This document shows, one piece after another, positions 12,828-26,143 of a stretch of 64,000 bases of DNA. Position numbers and translations under genes: made by a program. The notes beneath the pieces were generated by a model, which had not been told where the DNA came from, did no database searches, and saw only the letters and a program-made list of their open reading frames with translations. The stretch's first letter is position 1, and each line of letters starts with the position of its first letter. Origin of the DNA: Marsupella aquatica (lineage: Eukaryota > Plantae > Marchantiophyta); assembly GCA_973895155.1 (NCBI GenBank), contig OZ316892.1, positions 3,289,223-3,353,222 on the forward strand, written 5' to 3'.

Positions 12828-13985
12828 GTGCTCGTCTCAGTCATCACAGTAGTAGCGGTCGCACAAGGAAAGGAGACCACCGGCGACGAAATGGGACAGA
12901 AAAGCTCAATTCAGAAGAAGAAAACGATTCAGGAAGTCAAGTTTGGACCTCATTACTTTGAAGTGCTGGCTTGTGTTGGGCAGGGCGGGTTTTCGAAGGT
13001 ATTCCAATGTCGAAAGAAGGGAACAGATGACATTTTTGCCATGAAAGTCATCACCAAAACTAGACTTATGAACAAGAAATACGTGAAAGCAGAAAGGGAC
13101 ATCCTCACAAAGGTACTTCACCCGTTCGTGGTGAAACTCCACTATTCGTTTCAGACAAGGACCAGATTGTACCTGTTATTTGACTTCATCAACGGTGGAG
13201 GTCTGTTTTTCCATTTAAACAGACAGCAGATGTTCAGTGAGGAAATTGCCCGCATATGCATTGCAGAGATTGTGTGTGCAGTGGCTCATCTTCACGAAAA
13301 CGGCATCATCCATCGCGATCTGAAGCCTGAAAATATTCTCCTCGACTCAGAGGGCCATGTGAAGCTCACTGATTTTGGCTTGGCTAAGGAGGTAGATGAT
13401 TCGACCAAATCCAAATCTTTCTGTGGAACCCTCGAGTATATGGCCCCAGAAATAATCTTGGCTGACGGTCATGGAAAACCAGCTGACTGGTGGAGTGTAG
13501 GGATTCTCCTTCACGAGATGCTTACTGGGAAACCTCCGTTCGTTCATCCAAGTCCGAACCGATTGCTGTTGCAGCAGATTATTGTCGAAACAGAGGTACA
13601 TTTGCCCACACATTTTACCTCAGCGGCAATCACACTGTTTGACGGGCTTCTGCAAAAGGATCCAAGCAAACGACTGGGTAGTGGTCCACAAGGAGCTGAC
13701 GAAATAAAGCACCACGAGTGGTTCAAGGATATCAACTGGCGGAAGGTTGTGGCCCGAGAATTGCAGCCCAAGTTTCGACCTACTGTGAATGGAATTAATT
13801 GTATTGCAAACTTCGACGAGTCTTTAACTGAGATGCCACTTCAAAACGTGCTTCAGGATTCTCCTGCATCGACTTTAGAAGTTCAAGACACCATCCCGTG
13901 TTTGTGTTTCCCCTTTCAAAGGAAGAAAAAAGGTGAAGATACCATATATGTCCCCGGTTTCACGTATATTGGACCAGAACCTTAG
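12828..13985 (+). CDS. S6K: S6K-like AGC serine/threonine kinase, intronless (probable start ATG 12891, MGQKSS)
   Basis: GQGGFSKV, FAMKV, HRDLKPEN, DFG, SFCGTLEYMAPE, DWWSVG, AGC C-tail CIANFD and hydrophobic motif PGFTY; no stops. Confidence 0.88.
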   Translation: MLVSVITVVAVAQGKETTGDEMGQKSSIQKKKTIQEVKFGPHYFEVLACVGQGGFSKVFQCRKKGTDDIFAMKVITKTRLMNKKYVKAERDILTKVLHPFVVKLHYSFQTRTRLYLLFDFINGGGLFFHLNRQQMFSEEIARICIAEIVCAVAHLHENGIIHRDLKPENILLDSEGHVKLTDFGLAKEVDDSTKSKSFCGTLEYMAPEIILADGHGKPADWWSVGILLHEMLTGKPPFVHPSPNRLLLQQIIVETEVHLPTHFTSAAITLFDGLLQKDPSKRLGSGPQGADEIKHHEWFKDINWRKVVARELQPKFRPTVNGINCIANFDESLTEMPLQNVLQDSPASTLEVQDTIPCLCFPFQRKKKGEDTIYVPGFTYIGPEP

Positions 13986-16233
13986 CTCCTATGTCCTGGT
14001 CAAATAATTGTCCGTCAGAAGGCCAGCTTTCTGTTCTCCATACATACTAGATATGCATGCAGTCAAGGAGCTTTTAGAGGCTGAGACCCTGCTCCTACGA
14101 GAGACAGTACTTCTTCGAGGACGCAATCACTGAAACTATGGCAGGATCTGTGTAAATTCAGATCGAAAGACTTTGATTTAAGAAACTCTTACAGTGAAAT
14201 CTTATATCGTGTGATCCAATGTACGTTTTGCTTGTTTGATGCTGTTCAAATTAAAGTATTACTTTGATGTTTGGGAACCCTTATATTCTAAGTAATGGTG
14301 AAAACTTAGTTTGTAGAGCGGAATTAATCACATGGCTTGCACATCGGGGACTACTGTAGTTAAAATAGTGGTGGAATTGTAGAAAAACTTACGACATTGG
14401 TAGATCAAGGATCGTAAGTGCATCAGAAAATATTGGGGAACGGTACATTCAAATATGATGCACAATTGTGGCAAAGCAGTCACAAGTAGAGGAGGACATT
14501 ACAGTAGGCTCTCTCTTGGGCTCTGTCTAAGCCGAAATTCCATAAGTTAGTGCAACACTGGATGCTTCTTCGAATCACGCAAGTTTGCATTAATTTAGGA
14601 TGTTAAGGGCATTTTCAACTTTTTCCTGGTCTCCAAGATGTGATCAGGGCCATGGCTATCCATTTAGGTGATACAACTGCAGTTCACTTATAAAAACTTG
14701 GGGGGCATTTAGTTCTATATTGTTGCCCATGCACCATGGAATGAAGTGGGGCCCAAAATTTGCTTATATGGAGCACATTTCTGTCAGTCCCACGGTTTAT
14801 ACCACTTTTGATTGTTAAAGATATCTTCATCCTACCACTTGGTTCATTCCTATTTTTAGTCATTTGCATTAAAAGTGAACCCACAAGTCCTTCATCAAAT
14901 CCTCTATTAATATAGCTCCTGCCAGAACTAGAAGCAAAGAACTACTTGATTTTCAGGTGGAGTGGGTTGTAACTTGTCTCATTTGATTCCCACCTAAGTG
15001 GATTAAGCTCGTGCAAGACAATTAAAATATTTACCCATGTAAAGATAGACTATTCTTGGAATATTTCCAATTTTCATTAAAAAAACCCTAATTTTCTTAC
15101 AAGCTTGGGAGGGTCAATGTATGAAGGGTCCTACATCGTGCGCAATGTATAGTCTAGACCCCTAACTTATAAGTGGAAAATACATTTTTGTTGTCCTTAT
15201 GTACTTTAAAGCTGCCATTTCCTGTTATATTTTCCCCCAAAATATTTTAAGGAAAGTTTTATTCTAAAGTAAACAATGCCTATAAGAAAATTAAGATAAC
15301 TAAGTATCTCATAGAGTCCAAAATTTTGTGATCATTCAATTTGCTTTTTGTCTTTCCACTGGATGCAATTTGGTCTGCAGTCCATAGACCATGAAACTAA
15401 ATAAATAATTTTATGGTTGTCTAATCATCAACTTGTCTATGTTGCTCTATACACTCTCAAATAGTGTAACATGATATATTCTAGGGCAACCTCCCAGTGA
15501 ACGACTCCAAGAACCCAAAACCTAGGTTACACCCAAATACGAGAGGGTTGGGGAGGGGATTTAGGGTTTAGGGTTCTTGTGTGAGAACTGGTACGAGAGA
15601 TTGACCCTATCACACACCCTAAACCAATGTGACTATGACACATGGACCAATCAGATGCTGACACCTATATATCTTGGAGTATTTACATACCCCACCAGCT
15701 AAATAAATGTAAAGGGCAACCAAATTTACGATAGTCTCTATTCCTTTTAAGCTAGAGTATGCATATATGGTGCCCTAGTTCATTCTAACCTTGTTCTAAT
15801 ATTATTTTCAAAATGGGTTTAAAATACCCGTTGGACGTTTGCACATATGTTTCGATATTTCATAAGCTGAGGGCCCGGGGCCAAGCTTTGCTTCCTGGTT
15901 TTATTGTCACACATCCATATTAGAAACAATGATCATCTTGAGCTGGACAAATAGGGCATTTAAACAAACACTACAAAAACAGAGAGCAACGGACATCCAT
16001 GATAAACAAACAGCCTATTCTAAAACCTCCACCATGCACTTCAAGGTCCCATTCAAGGTCAAGCGACAATCCTCCTAGCCCAAGATAAATTGTCCTTCCA
16101 CAGTCTTGTTATGGTATCAAGCTCCAACTTTTGACCTTAATTTGGAATTGGACGCTTGGTTGGCTGTCCCTTAACTCCCTGACTTGAATCCCAAACCTTA
16201 ATACCAAAAACCCTAACCTAACCTAGCCTAACC

Positions 16234-16551
16234 CCTGGGGTCCCCACAGTTTATGCTCTTCCAACCCATCACGTGCTAATAAGTATATGGTGCTTTTATT
16301 GAGTATAATGAAAGACTTCTAGATTTTTGTTGAAGAACATTATCATTGTTTGAATCCAGTTTTGAGAATTATAAGAATCATATAAGGTTTTTTAAAACCA
16401 CATTTGAAAATATTCCAAGAATATTCCATTAAGTCAGAGGTAAAAAATGTACTCGAAACTTTATTGACTATCTTAAGTTTTAAGGTGTTGATTCCCCAAA
16501 AAATTTGCCTGTGATATGGGACACCCCTGGCCTTGGATTGAGGCCCATGAG
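16234..16551. mobile_element. MITE, inverted and diverged copy of 6869-7173
   Basis: Reverse-complement similarity along its length (e.g. GAATATTCCATTAAG, TTTATTGACT, GTGATATG, TGAGGCCCATGAG). Degenerate 8-bp flanks GCCTAACC / ACCGAACC. Confidence 0.7.
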
Positions 16552-19500
16552 ACCGAACCTAACCCTCAATGCCTACCAAAGTCCCATTGGCCTCTTCAGG
16601 TTATGCCCTTTCCATAGCCCTTTTGTAGACCTCTAATAACAGCAACAACAATTGAGGCCCCTTGAAATTGCTTCAAAGCCCCTAAATATAAAGGCGCAAA
16701 CCCTACACTCATGCATACTTTAAACTCTTTTCTTTCACTAGTAGAAACCGGGGCATTTCATGACCAGACCAGTTATGACGGGGTTGATCACCAGAGTGCT
16801 TTAATAAAACTTCAGTCTTATGGATGTGACCCTACATGACTTGACAGTCACTAATGAGTCTACATAAGACACTAGAGCATTGAAATTCTGAACAATGGAT
16901 AGTCCTAGTCATGCCTAGTCTAAGAATATAAATGCAGTTGGTCCAACCACGTCCAATATAGTCATAAATTGGCTTGAACATTCTCATTGTGGGATTAATC
17001 CCATTACTCCCACTTGGGCAACTTCCATTTTACCGTGGCGGTGTGGTTCAGGCCATATTAGTATTGACATTTGATAGTCTAAATGTAAGTTTTAGACAAG
17101 TGTCAGGATAGATAAACTAAGCTACTTAGGACTTGGGATAAATATTCTTCTTGGTGTTAGATTAGTAAGGAATAGCCAGGAGTAGTTCTAGTAATTAGTC
17201 AAACTGTTGTAGTTGCTTGGAGATCAATCATGTAGAGGAATTAGTGAAATTTGGGGTTACACCAATTTGGCGGCGCCGCTAAATTGAATAGCTAGCTTAG
17301 AGGGGGACTTAGAGGGCCTTGCTACTGACCAGTAACGAGGTGAAGAAAGGTCCAAGTGGGAGAAAATGTCGAGCCTAATGTACAAGGGTCGAGCAGGAAT
17401 CCAAGAGACCATCGAAGGTTTGTGGCTATGGAGGCAGCAGCAGATCGGGAACTGTATCGTTAGCTTCAATTGCTGGTTTTTGCATTGCATAGGTGCGTTG
17501 GATTTGTCTTTGGATGCTCTTGCAGATGGCAGCTTTGATTTAGGCATTCCTGGTACACCACAAAGCTAGTAGAGGTCGCCATTTGACCTGGAATCCAAAA
17601 ATTTCCCTGGTAAAAGTTAAGTTGCAGCAGATCGGGAGATGTGTCTTAGCCATTTCTTGATCGTTTTTGGATTGGATTGGGGCATTGGATTTGCCTTTGG
17701 ATACCCTTGATGCTATGAGCCAAGAATCAAGCCTCCCATCAGTTGCTCAAAGCTGAAGGAGCTCAAAGTTCAGCCCGAAAGTTCAGGATTTGGAACAACA
17801 AAGGCCAAATTTAGTGCTACGGTTTAGGGAGCTGTATCTTTGGCATTCTACCATCATTTTTGGATTGGACAGCTGGGTTGGGATAGTCCTTGGATTCCCT
17901 TTGAGGACATGCATTCAAATCAGGGCTTCAAAAGAATCATTGGATGCTATAGGAGTTAGATCTGGGAGCTGGAAATTAGGGATTTGAGTGAGAAGAAGCC
18001 AAAATCTGAGTTATTGCTTGACATGAGGGCTAGCTCATGGCTTTCCTTCACTAGAAGAAACCCACCCTTTCTGAGACCACAAAGAACGTGACTTGTCCGA
18101 GACCTTCATGAAACAGCGACTCCAAAGTTGTTGGTGTCATGTTAGTCACACCTTCTTGACTGAGTTTTGGTGAAGTTTTGAGGAGTCATGTTTACAACTT
18201 TTAGGGAAGTTGTAACTATAACTCAGTTAAGGCAATTAGGTTGAAGTCATACAAGCGACTCTACATTAGAGTACAACTTATGAGAGCACAACATTTGAGC
18301 CCTTCAACCTTAAAGTATGGGATCTAACCCAATACATATGATTTTGGATACACCATATGTCATCCCACATAGATTTAATTATAGTCAGGTCATACCATTT
18401 GAAACCATTACTGAGTATTCCATCATTATTCCTGCCCCCATTTAGACACCATGAAGCGCGCCCCAGCCCCATTCAACTGCAAAAAGGATTTGTCAAAGCT
18501 TGCTAACCTAACTTAATGCTTTTTGTAGTCAATCTCTAATTTTTCTATCGCCGTCTTCTGGTCGTGCCAAAAAGGTGCTTAATTATCACCCAATTTCAGC
18601 CTCACATATGTAGCTAGGTTGGGTTTACTTATTGCCATGCCCCATAAACCTTCATGTTTCCCATGCCCCCTTCATATATGACAACCAATGCATGGTTCAT
18701 GTTCAATATAAGTCCAACTTAAATGTCCAACTTAAATATATATGATCAGCTCTTCACTACCCCAACCCTAAAAAAATGTACTTATCATAATGGTAATGTG
18801 GGGTCATATATACCTGACTATTTGGCCACATTTTCACCAAAGGGGGTGGTTCAAAGTTGTGACTAACCACTCACCCCACATATAACTATTGCGTAAGTCC
18901 TTTGGTTTCAAAGGAAAAAACTAATTAGGCAAATCATAGACTTTTGTGTCTCTTTTGTGCTTTCAATGTCTCCACTTCAATGTGCGTGAGTGTGCCTTTG
19001 GACACAAGTTTAGGGTGCGCGGGTTTCGTTTAACACGGCAGCAGAGTGCAAAGTTGAGTTGAATGTGCGCGGGAACTCGGTTTAGGGAAAAACTAGCTTG
19101 TCCATTCTGCTGTCGGCCGGGGACATTCATCGTGCCTGAAGGTTTTGTGAAGGGTTTTGTGCGAGGAGCTTTACGGACTTCACTCTCGCTTGAGAGATGG
19201 TGATGGCAGGCAGGTGCAACAGCAGTGCTTGATCAAGGCTAGACTTTATTGCGTAAGTCCCTGCTCGTCGTCTGGATATGTCATTGTTGTCGGGGTCTTC
19301 ATGCTCGTCTGATTTGTCTTCTGCTCTTTGTGGCCGAGAGTCGACTACCTCACTCACTGACTTCTTGTCCAATGCATACCACAACCCTATTCCTCGTTCT
19401 CAGTCTACAAATTGTTTCCAAAACTATTCGGAGAAACTGAGTCAAAGTGTCGTTTGTTGAGTGTTGACAGTGTCGCTCTTTGGCAAGCAGGAAGGTGCTT

Positions 19501-20861
19501 TTTCCGGGTTTCCATCGTAAGGTTACGAGCTTCTGTTGTTGCAGCTGTGACCGACAACTGAGGAGCTACAACCAAGAGCTTATTGATTTGCAGCACTGCC
19601 GTGGACGAGGAGCTGTGGAGGGCCGGGGAGCTGCAAGAAAGTGGGGAGTGATCTTGAAGGCCAACTATCTAGCGTGAGGTGGATCATCGTGGCTGCAACA
19701 TTGACCGGGCCTTTTTTTGCGTTGGGCACTGTGAGTAAGGCAGTCTACGGAGGCGCGAAAGAGTCACGAGGAGTCGAGTTCAGCTACGGCAGTATTCACT
19801 TCAATTGTCCCAATGTGGTTGGCGTGAGCTGCAGGTGAGCTTAGCTGTGTGCACATTTCATGTAAGTCAGGTGGTCGGTGTTTTAGGCATTGCGGAACTT
19901 GATTGACCACCCCATGGCTAAGGTTTAAGGTGCGGACTACAACAAATATGTGTTGTTGCTGAAAGTGTTGGTGGTGAGCGACAACTGGTATTGTTTCAGC
20001 TAAAGGGAGCACATTGGAGCTTGTGTATCCATGACCTGCGACCGATTGCGGCTGCCTGTTGTTACAATCGCCGAATCAATCACGCACCCAATCTTGCGGG
20101 CAGACACAACTTTGCGGGAGTGTTGAAGGTTTAGGGTGAGCAACAGCGGAGAGCTCATTGCTTGGTGGCAGGGTTGAAGGTGGATGATCGGGCTGCAAGG
20201 CCAATCGGGGACTTGTTTTGCATTGAGCGATTGCTGCGGATTGCTACGCAGCTTCAGTTAGGGCGGCTTGGTGCTACATCGGCACAGGTAAGGCTGCAAT
20301 CCCCTATCGACGCGGACTCACCTCGTGACTGCAAGTATAGTTGTCTAGGTGATGTATGCATTGCGTGTTTAGGGTCTAGGTGACATCACTGCTAAGCAAA
20401 ATTTGTGAGCTGCCTAGGTCCATTGCCGAATGTTGCTTCCTTTAAATTACCTGGTGCCTGTTGTTACAATCGCCTGCTCAATCATGCACCCAATCGCCTG
20501 GAGCTCATTTGCCTGGAGCTTCATCCGTCAGATTCAAACTGTTATTGCTGCTCTGCCCTTTTGCCATGGGTTGCCGGCCTACCGGATGCTATCAACAGAT
20601 TAAGAACAAGTCATATCCTAAGTCCCGGTGTTGCAGTGATGTCCCCGACCCTAAGATGCTTTCCGAACTCATCTTTCTTGTTTCCTGTTGCTGCTGATGT
20701 ATGTATGTTCTCCCCTATTTTTGCTTACAGATTGGTCTCTCCACACTTCTTGCTTGACATGATTGTTTTGCTCCTCCCTGTATCAGAACATGCCTTGTGC
20801 CCGGCGGTGGGGTGGGGGGGTGAACAGATGACCTTAAGGTTCACTACATTTCTAGGAACTG

Positions 20862-21025
20862 TGCATCTTTCAGCTGATTTTAGCCGCAAGTTCCCTTGCT
20901 TTCCCCTGTTTTTGCTAAGATCCCTCCCACTAATCACATGCATCTTTCAGCTGATTTTAGCCGCAAGTTCCCTTGCTTTCCCCTGCTTTTGCTAAGATCC
21001 CTCCCCACTAATGACATGCATCCTT
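20862..21025 (+). repeat. About 77-bp tandem duplication
   Basis: TGCATCTTTCAGCTGATTTTAGCCGCAAGTTCCCTTGC...CCCACTAAT occurs twice, near-identical. Confidence 0.85.
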
Positions 21026-23544
21026 TACTTTTCTCGGTGGCCCGTGCGCCTGCCTTCCTACTTTCGTTCTTATGGACTCTCCTTAGGTTTTCATTCACCT
21101 GGTTTTGGACTTTTTGCTCCGGTGGAATCTGTCTTGACAACTTGTGTTTGTTCTAATTGTTAATATCTCAAGAGGGTCGTCAACTAAGCTGAAAGGAGTC
21201 AAAGCTAACTACAAGCTAGCAAATACAGAGAATGCTCCCAAGTTGAGTCAGGAGGAAGTTACTAAAACTAGACCTTCACAACTCTCGAAACTGGAAAGTG
21301 AAATTCAGCGTGAGACACGTAGCTGAAGGCCACAAGGATAACTATATGGCCACGCTGTCCCCCATTCAAGTCCAAAGTCCTCTTCAGATTGTCTGAACTC
21401 CTATTGAATGTATTGAATAATTATTTCATCACAGAAATTTTCAGAACAAACACGGAAGCACCAGGGGGCTGAGGATTGGATATTGAGGCTGAAGACATTG
21501 AGGTAATAAACTAGGTGTGGTTCGGGTGACAATGTTAGCAACTGATGCTTCTTCAGGGGAACTTCCCATGTGCAGTTTATCCACACATGATTGACTTTGG
21601 TTCTTGCTGTTTTTCTTTTGGTGTACTCTTGAGTTTGGTGTCACTCTATCCTTTCCTGTAGCCTCGAAATAGGAACACACCTGCTTAGTGGTCCCCAATC
21701 GCCCAATGATTTATAATGACTGTGTCTAGGTGATGTATGCATTGCGTGTTCATTCCAGAAGAATGAATATGTACACTTTGCACAAACCTGGACAGATTTT
21801 GAATGTTATTTATCTGAGTTTCTGTTTGTGAGCTCTGACTTGGAGCCTTAACATTTGTGTTTCTGTGGGGCTGAGCAGAGTTTGTTCCGTCTAGAAGCTG
21901 CTGTACTGAAGTGATCAGCCTCCGGCTTGGAGGTGAATCTTCAATTTTTTGTGGATCCGAGTGACTTCTGTCCAGCTGAGTTTTGCTTTGTCGGGACGAT
22001 TGTGTTTGGCTAAGATGCTAGATTGTGGCTTGTCTTCTTGCTTCCAGCTTGTGTATTTTCAATTAATAGAAGTTGGGAACAAAGTGATAATTGAATTTCC
22101 TTATATTAAGCATCTTCACCTAGAAACTCAATACATAAACTCCAGGATTCCCTCGGGACATAAAATGAGCCAAATTGTCTCAAAATTGGGAACCTGCACC
22201 CGCACTACTCAAACAATTGTGTTGGGCTTGGTGGCCTTGTAAGTCGTCTTTAGCTTTCGCAATGGAGGTTGAATCTTGCAGTACGTCAAGGGGAACTTGA
22301 TCTTTGAATCATGGAACTGCTTGGTACTTTCTCGCTTGCACAGAGAGACAGGGACTGTCGTAGTCTTCATGATCTGGATGCAAGGGAACCGAACTCTATG
22401 ACAAGAAGCCATCTCATCATACATCTACTCTGCAGCTCCGTTTCTTGTGGTATCACAATATTCCTTGTACATGTTGTGATAACCTGTACGACTCTGATAC
22501 GTGGACCCAGATACCGAAGTTCTTAATTGTGGTGGGCTTCTTTTCGAAGATCTGGTAGACACATTATTCAACATTTGCTAACTTCGAAACTAGAAGGGTA
22601 ACACATTAAACAACAGAGAAACTCACAACATCCTCCTTTGGTCCTTCAGAGTCTGTACTTTGATTCTGAAGTTTGACTGAGTTTTTGTTTACTAAAAGAA
22701 TGTGACTGTGTAAGAGTTCCGTTTGGCAGTGGATTGGTTGAAGCACTTCATGCTAGTGTGTTGTCCACAGCTCTTCAACCAGCTTTCATCTTCCTTGTCT
22801 TTCACCACTTACGATGACATCAATTCAGCTAAGACCATAGAAGGTTCCAAAGCATCTAACTTGTAAAATCGCATTCTGTTACATCAAGGACTAAGGTGTT
22901 GGGTGCCAAAGGAGACAACACAACAAACACGCTGAAAAGACTTCAGGACTGGGTTCAACAAGGTAGTGAAGGTGCTTAGAGCCATAGTAAGTATGCATTC
23001 TGTATCTTTCTCTGTTGATGTGAGCTTGTGCATAATGGGAGTTGTAGTTGGCAAGAGTTCCAAATATGAATAGATCCAGAAGTATGTGATCATGTACTTG
23101 CTCTATAAAGTTCTGAAGATATAAGCATTTTCTGTTAGACCAGGCAACTTGGGAGTTGGTAAGTGTCACCTGCATCTAAGGGGCTACACCGGGGCATCAG
23201 TGGAGGTTCACTTGCACAACACGACAACCAGTGAATTTTCTCTCTGCTGCAACCTGCAAGGTGAGACTTTCGGTCTTTCTGGATGAAAAAACAGGAGTTT
23301 AATATGATTGATATACATGTCCGTCGAGAATATGGGTTTATCACCAAGCTCTTTGTCTTAGGAAACTCATAAACTCAGAATCAAATATGTACTATGCACG
23401 TTTCATGCTATGTGTATACTATGACCTGTAGTTGGAACCAAGACAATGAGTGGGAACTGATTAGTTTAGGTGGTTGCTGTTGGCGAGGCAAGTCGACCTC
23501 CTGCTCACCTTGCTCATCAAAGGACGTGAACAGAGGACATCACA

Positions 23545-24009
23545 ATGAGAGCAACACTTATGGTGAGGACCCGCAACGCTGAACATGTGCGACTTGCACT
23601 CAAGGCAGAGATGTTGCGCCTTGAGTATGTCAGACTTGGGATCCTTCCAGCCCAGTCTGCATGGTACTTTGAGTACCCTGTTGTTTCCAGGAACAACTAC
23701 AGCCGGCCTCTACCTGCTTCAGTACCCTTCCCGACATCCTTGGTATTTGTGTCTCTTGTACATGACCCGCCACAAATTAGGTGCCAAGGGTGTGTACACA
23801 GTTGCCAATATGACTGTCCTGCCTGTAGGGCTTCTGGCCCAAAATTGGATGACCGTTCTCTTGGATGCCGATTTTTGCACAGAGCACAATGTATCATTTG
23901 GAACCACTCGCCATCCTGCAGTGTGCCTGGTGATGTCACTTGTCCTGCCCTCCCAGACCCCACCACCGGTGACTTTGGTGTCTACACATGTTTGGATCAC
24001 ATGCTCTAG
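23545..24009 (+). CDS. Cys/His-rich ORF of unknown function inside the inner CACTA
   Basis: 154-aa ATG-initiated ORF containing CQGCVHSCQYDCPAC...GCRFLHRAQC; no family recognised. Confidence 0.3.
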   Translation: MRATLMVRTRNAEHVRLALKAEMLRLEYVRLGILPAQSAWYFEYPVVSRNNYSRPLPASVPFPTSLVFVSLVHDPPQIRCQGCVHSCQYDCPACRASGPKLDDRSLGCRFLHRAQCIIWNHSPSCSVPGDVTCPALPDPTTGDFGVYTCLDHML

Positions 24010-24536
24010 AGGACCACTTGTCACACCGCATGCACAGACCAGATACCATTGACCTATAGCTTAACACTCTGACTTCAACACAGAGGATATTTACTTAAAA
24101 TTTTGATGTATGAGCAATTTTGGGTCCAGGGTTTAGGGTCAACAGTACATAACTTATATCCTATTATGCCTGCACTAAGCAAAATATCCTAATTTAAGAG
24201 GCTAGCAAACTCGCATAAAAGTCTCTATTGAAAGATTGCTTTCATGACTGCTTTAATCTGGTGAACATTGCAACGTTGAATGATTAATGGGCCATGTGAT
24301 AATATGCAAAATGATTTATGCCTCACTTATTTGTCTCAGCCACTATCATAACCTATTTAGGATGTATAAATTTCAACCCTTATGACACTGCTTCATACCA
24401 ATCCTCTTCGAAGAATGCCTGTTTTACATGTCACGACTATTGTATGTGATTCAAATGCATGAAATGTTGTTGCAGATCTCCTTTGATCAACCTATTCATT
24501 AAAAGTGTATTTTCTTTTGTTCACAAATGAGTCTTG

Positions 24537-24616
24537 AAATGTACACTTTCATGTCCCCAAATGTACACTTCAAGACACCCAAATGTACACTTTTGTGTCT
24601 CTGAATGTACACTTTA
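24537..24616 (+). repeat. Left subterminal AAATGTACACTTT motif array
   Basis: Four copies spaced about 21-23 bp apart just inside the left TIR. Confidence 0.85.
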
Positions 24617-24867
24617 TAGGCCAAATCACATTAATATTATATTAATAAATAATACATATTATATTATTTAATAACTCACATAGAAATGGAGGATAAAAAT
24701 TTATAAAGTTATTTCATCCCCATTTAAGGACCAGATATTCTGTGAACAAAATAACATCATTCCAAATAGATTATAAAATATCTTTATACAATTATCTGCA
24801 AATTTACATTGAATACGAACATGTTTCTAGTACTATCCAAGGGGCTTAACACAAGTCAATTAAATAT

Positions 24868-26001
24868 CTAAACCAAGTGCTCCCTACAATGTGTATTTGA
24901 GCATGTGCCCCTGTCTCCTTTCCTATCTACCCTATTGTCACGGTTGCAACTCACTTTATTTTCAGGGAGTTGAAATCTGGTGGTGTTGTTCCTAATGGCT
25001 ATAATCTCCCGCAAAAAGTGTCTGGGATTTTCTCTATATGGACCTGAATAGTCCTTTCCTAAAAATGATTTAGCAAGTGAGTTGACAAGTGCATTGTCAA
25101 GTTCCACCTCAGGACGTAAACTACATATACGGTGCTTTACATTCCAAGGGATCTCATTACTGTTGAGGTCCAACACACTATGTGTAAACTGTGACTTCCA
25201 AATTTTTGCTGCAAATCTCTTGCTAAGTTGATCATAAGTAATCTCATTTTTTGCCTTGTCTCTCTTCATGTGCAAAAGAGACCACTTTGGAGAGTTGAGA
25301 AGAAGATAGCATCTAATGTCACTTGCATGTGATAGTTTCTCAAGACATGGCCAAAGAATTGCTAGAAGAAAATTATCTCCACGATTGGCATGCGTGTAGG
25401 GCACTGGAAATAATCCGGTCATGTCTGGGTTGGCAAATGCCTTAAGGGGGGAGTCATCCACAAGGAGGGTGTTGGTTTCATCATATAGATTTCCAAATGC
25501 ATTCCATACCACCTGAAAATCCTTCAGTAGCACATTTGCCTTTCCGTTTGTAATGTCACGCCTTTGAATGCCTGTGTCAAAGGCTTCCACCTGTGTGAAT
25601 ACAAACTTAAGTTTCAACCGCTCCTCAACAGTGAACATCATGTTCAGCATTTTCACTGTTCGTTCTACCCCAGCACAAGTCCAAATTGCAACGTCAAATC
25701 TGTCAAAAACCAACTTTAGAAACTCATGGAGCCCTGGTCGTTCTGTATACATGCGACTAATACCATTTTTTCTATCCCAATGCACTCCACTTGAGGTGAC
25801 AATATTCCTGGATGTGCCCTTGTTTTGGAATTCAATAGAATCCCAAAGTATTTTATTAAGGTCCAAAATCAGCAACTTCCGCTTGACGGGACCAGGTCTC
25901 GATTCTGCAAGTGCACCAAACACCATTCTCAGAGAAAAGACCAAAAGTGAACTTTGGATTAGGATTGTCTCAGTCCAAAAATACAACACAATGGCTGACA
26001 A
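24868..26001 (-). CDS. FCP1/NIF (HAD-like) phosphatase-homology domain; coding exon probably 25904-24868 plus mini-exon 26083-26024
   Basis: KLLILDLNKIL, ERPGLHEFL..FDVAIWT, LLKDFQVVW, NTLLVDDSPLKAFANP are NIF-family motifs. DLN replaces the DxD motif. Confidence 0.8.
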   Translation of the reverse strand: MSAIVLYFWTETILIQSSLLVFSLRMVFGALAESRPGPVKRKLLILDLNKILWDSIEFQNKGTSRNIVTSSGVHWDRKNGISRMYTERPGLHEFLKLVFDRFDVAIWTCAGVERTVKMLNMMFTVEERLKLKFVFTQVEAFDTGIQRRDITNGKANVLLKDFQVVWNAFGNLYDETNTLLVDDSPLKAFANPDMTGLFPVPYTHANRGDNFLLAILWPCLEKLSHASDIRCYLLLNSPKWSLLHMKRDKAKNEITYDQLSKRFAAKIWKSQFTHSVLDLNSNEIPWNVKHRICSLRPEVELDNALVNSLAKSFLGKDYSGPYRENPRHFLREIIAIRNNTTRFQLPENKVSCNRDNRVDRKGDRGTCSNTHCREHLV

Positions 26002-26143
26002 AAACGAAAATTAACCTACATACCGTTTTTAGAAGCCTCACAATGTGTAGACGGATATGGAGACTTTAATTGGTGAGCCCATTCTGTGAGACCGAGAAGT
26101 ATTTTAGATTGATATGAATAAATAGAAAGTCAAAGGCTGAATT

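Noticed and set aside
15466-16122. Possible LTR followed by a PBS-like TGGTATCAAGC at 16112
   Set aside because: The PBS is imperfect, there is no clean CA end, and no partner LTR, TSD or gag-pol could be found in the window.
19127-23350. Many short ORFs in the left arm of the inner CACTA
   Set aside because: No recognisable motifs, overlapping on both strands and containing local duplications; no gene model could be supported.
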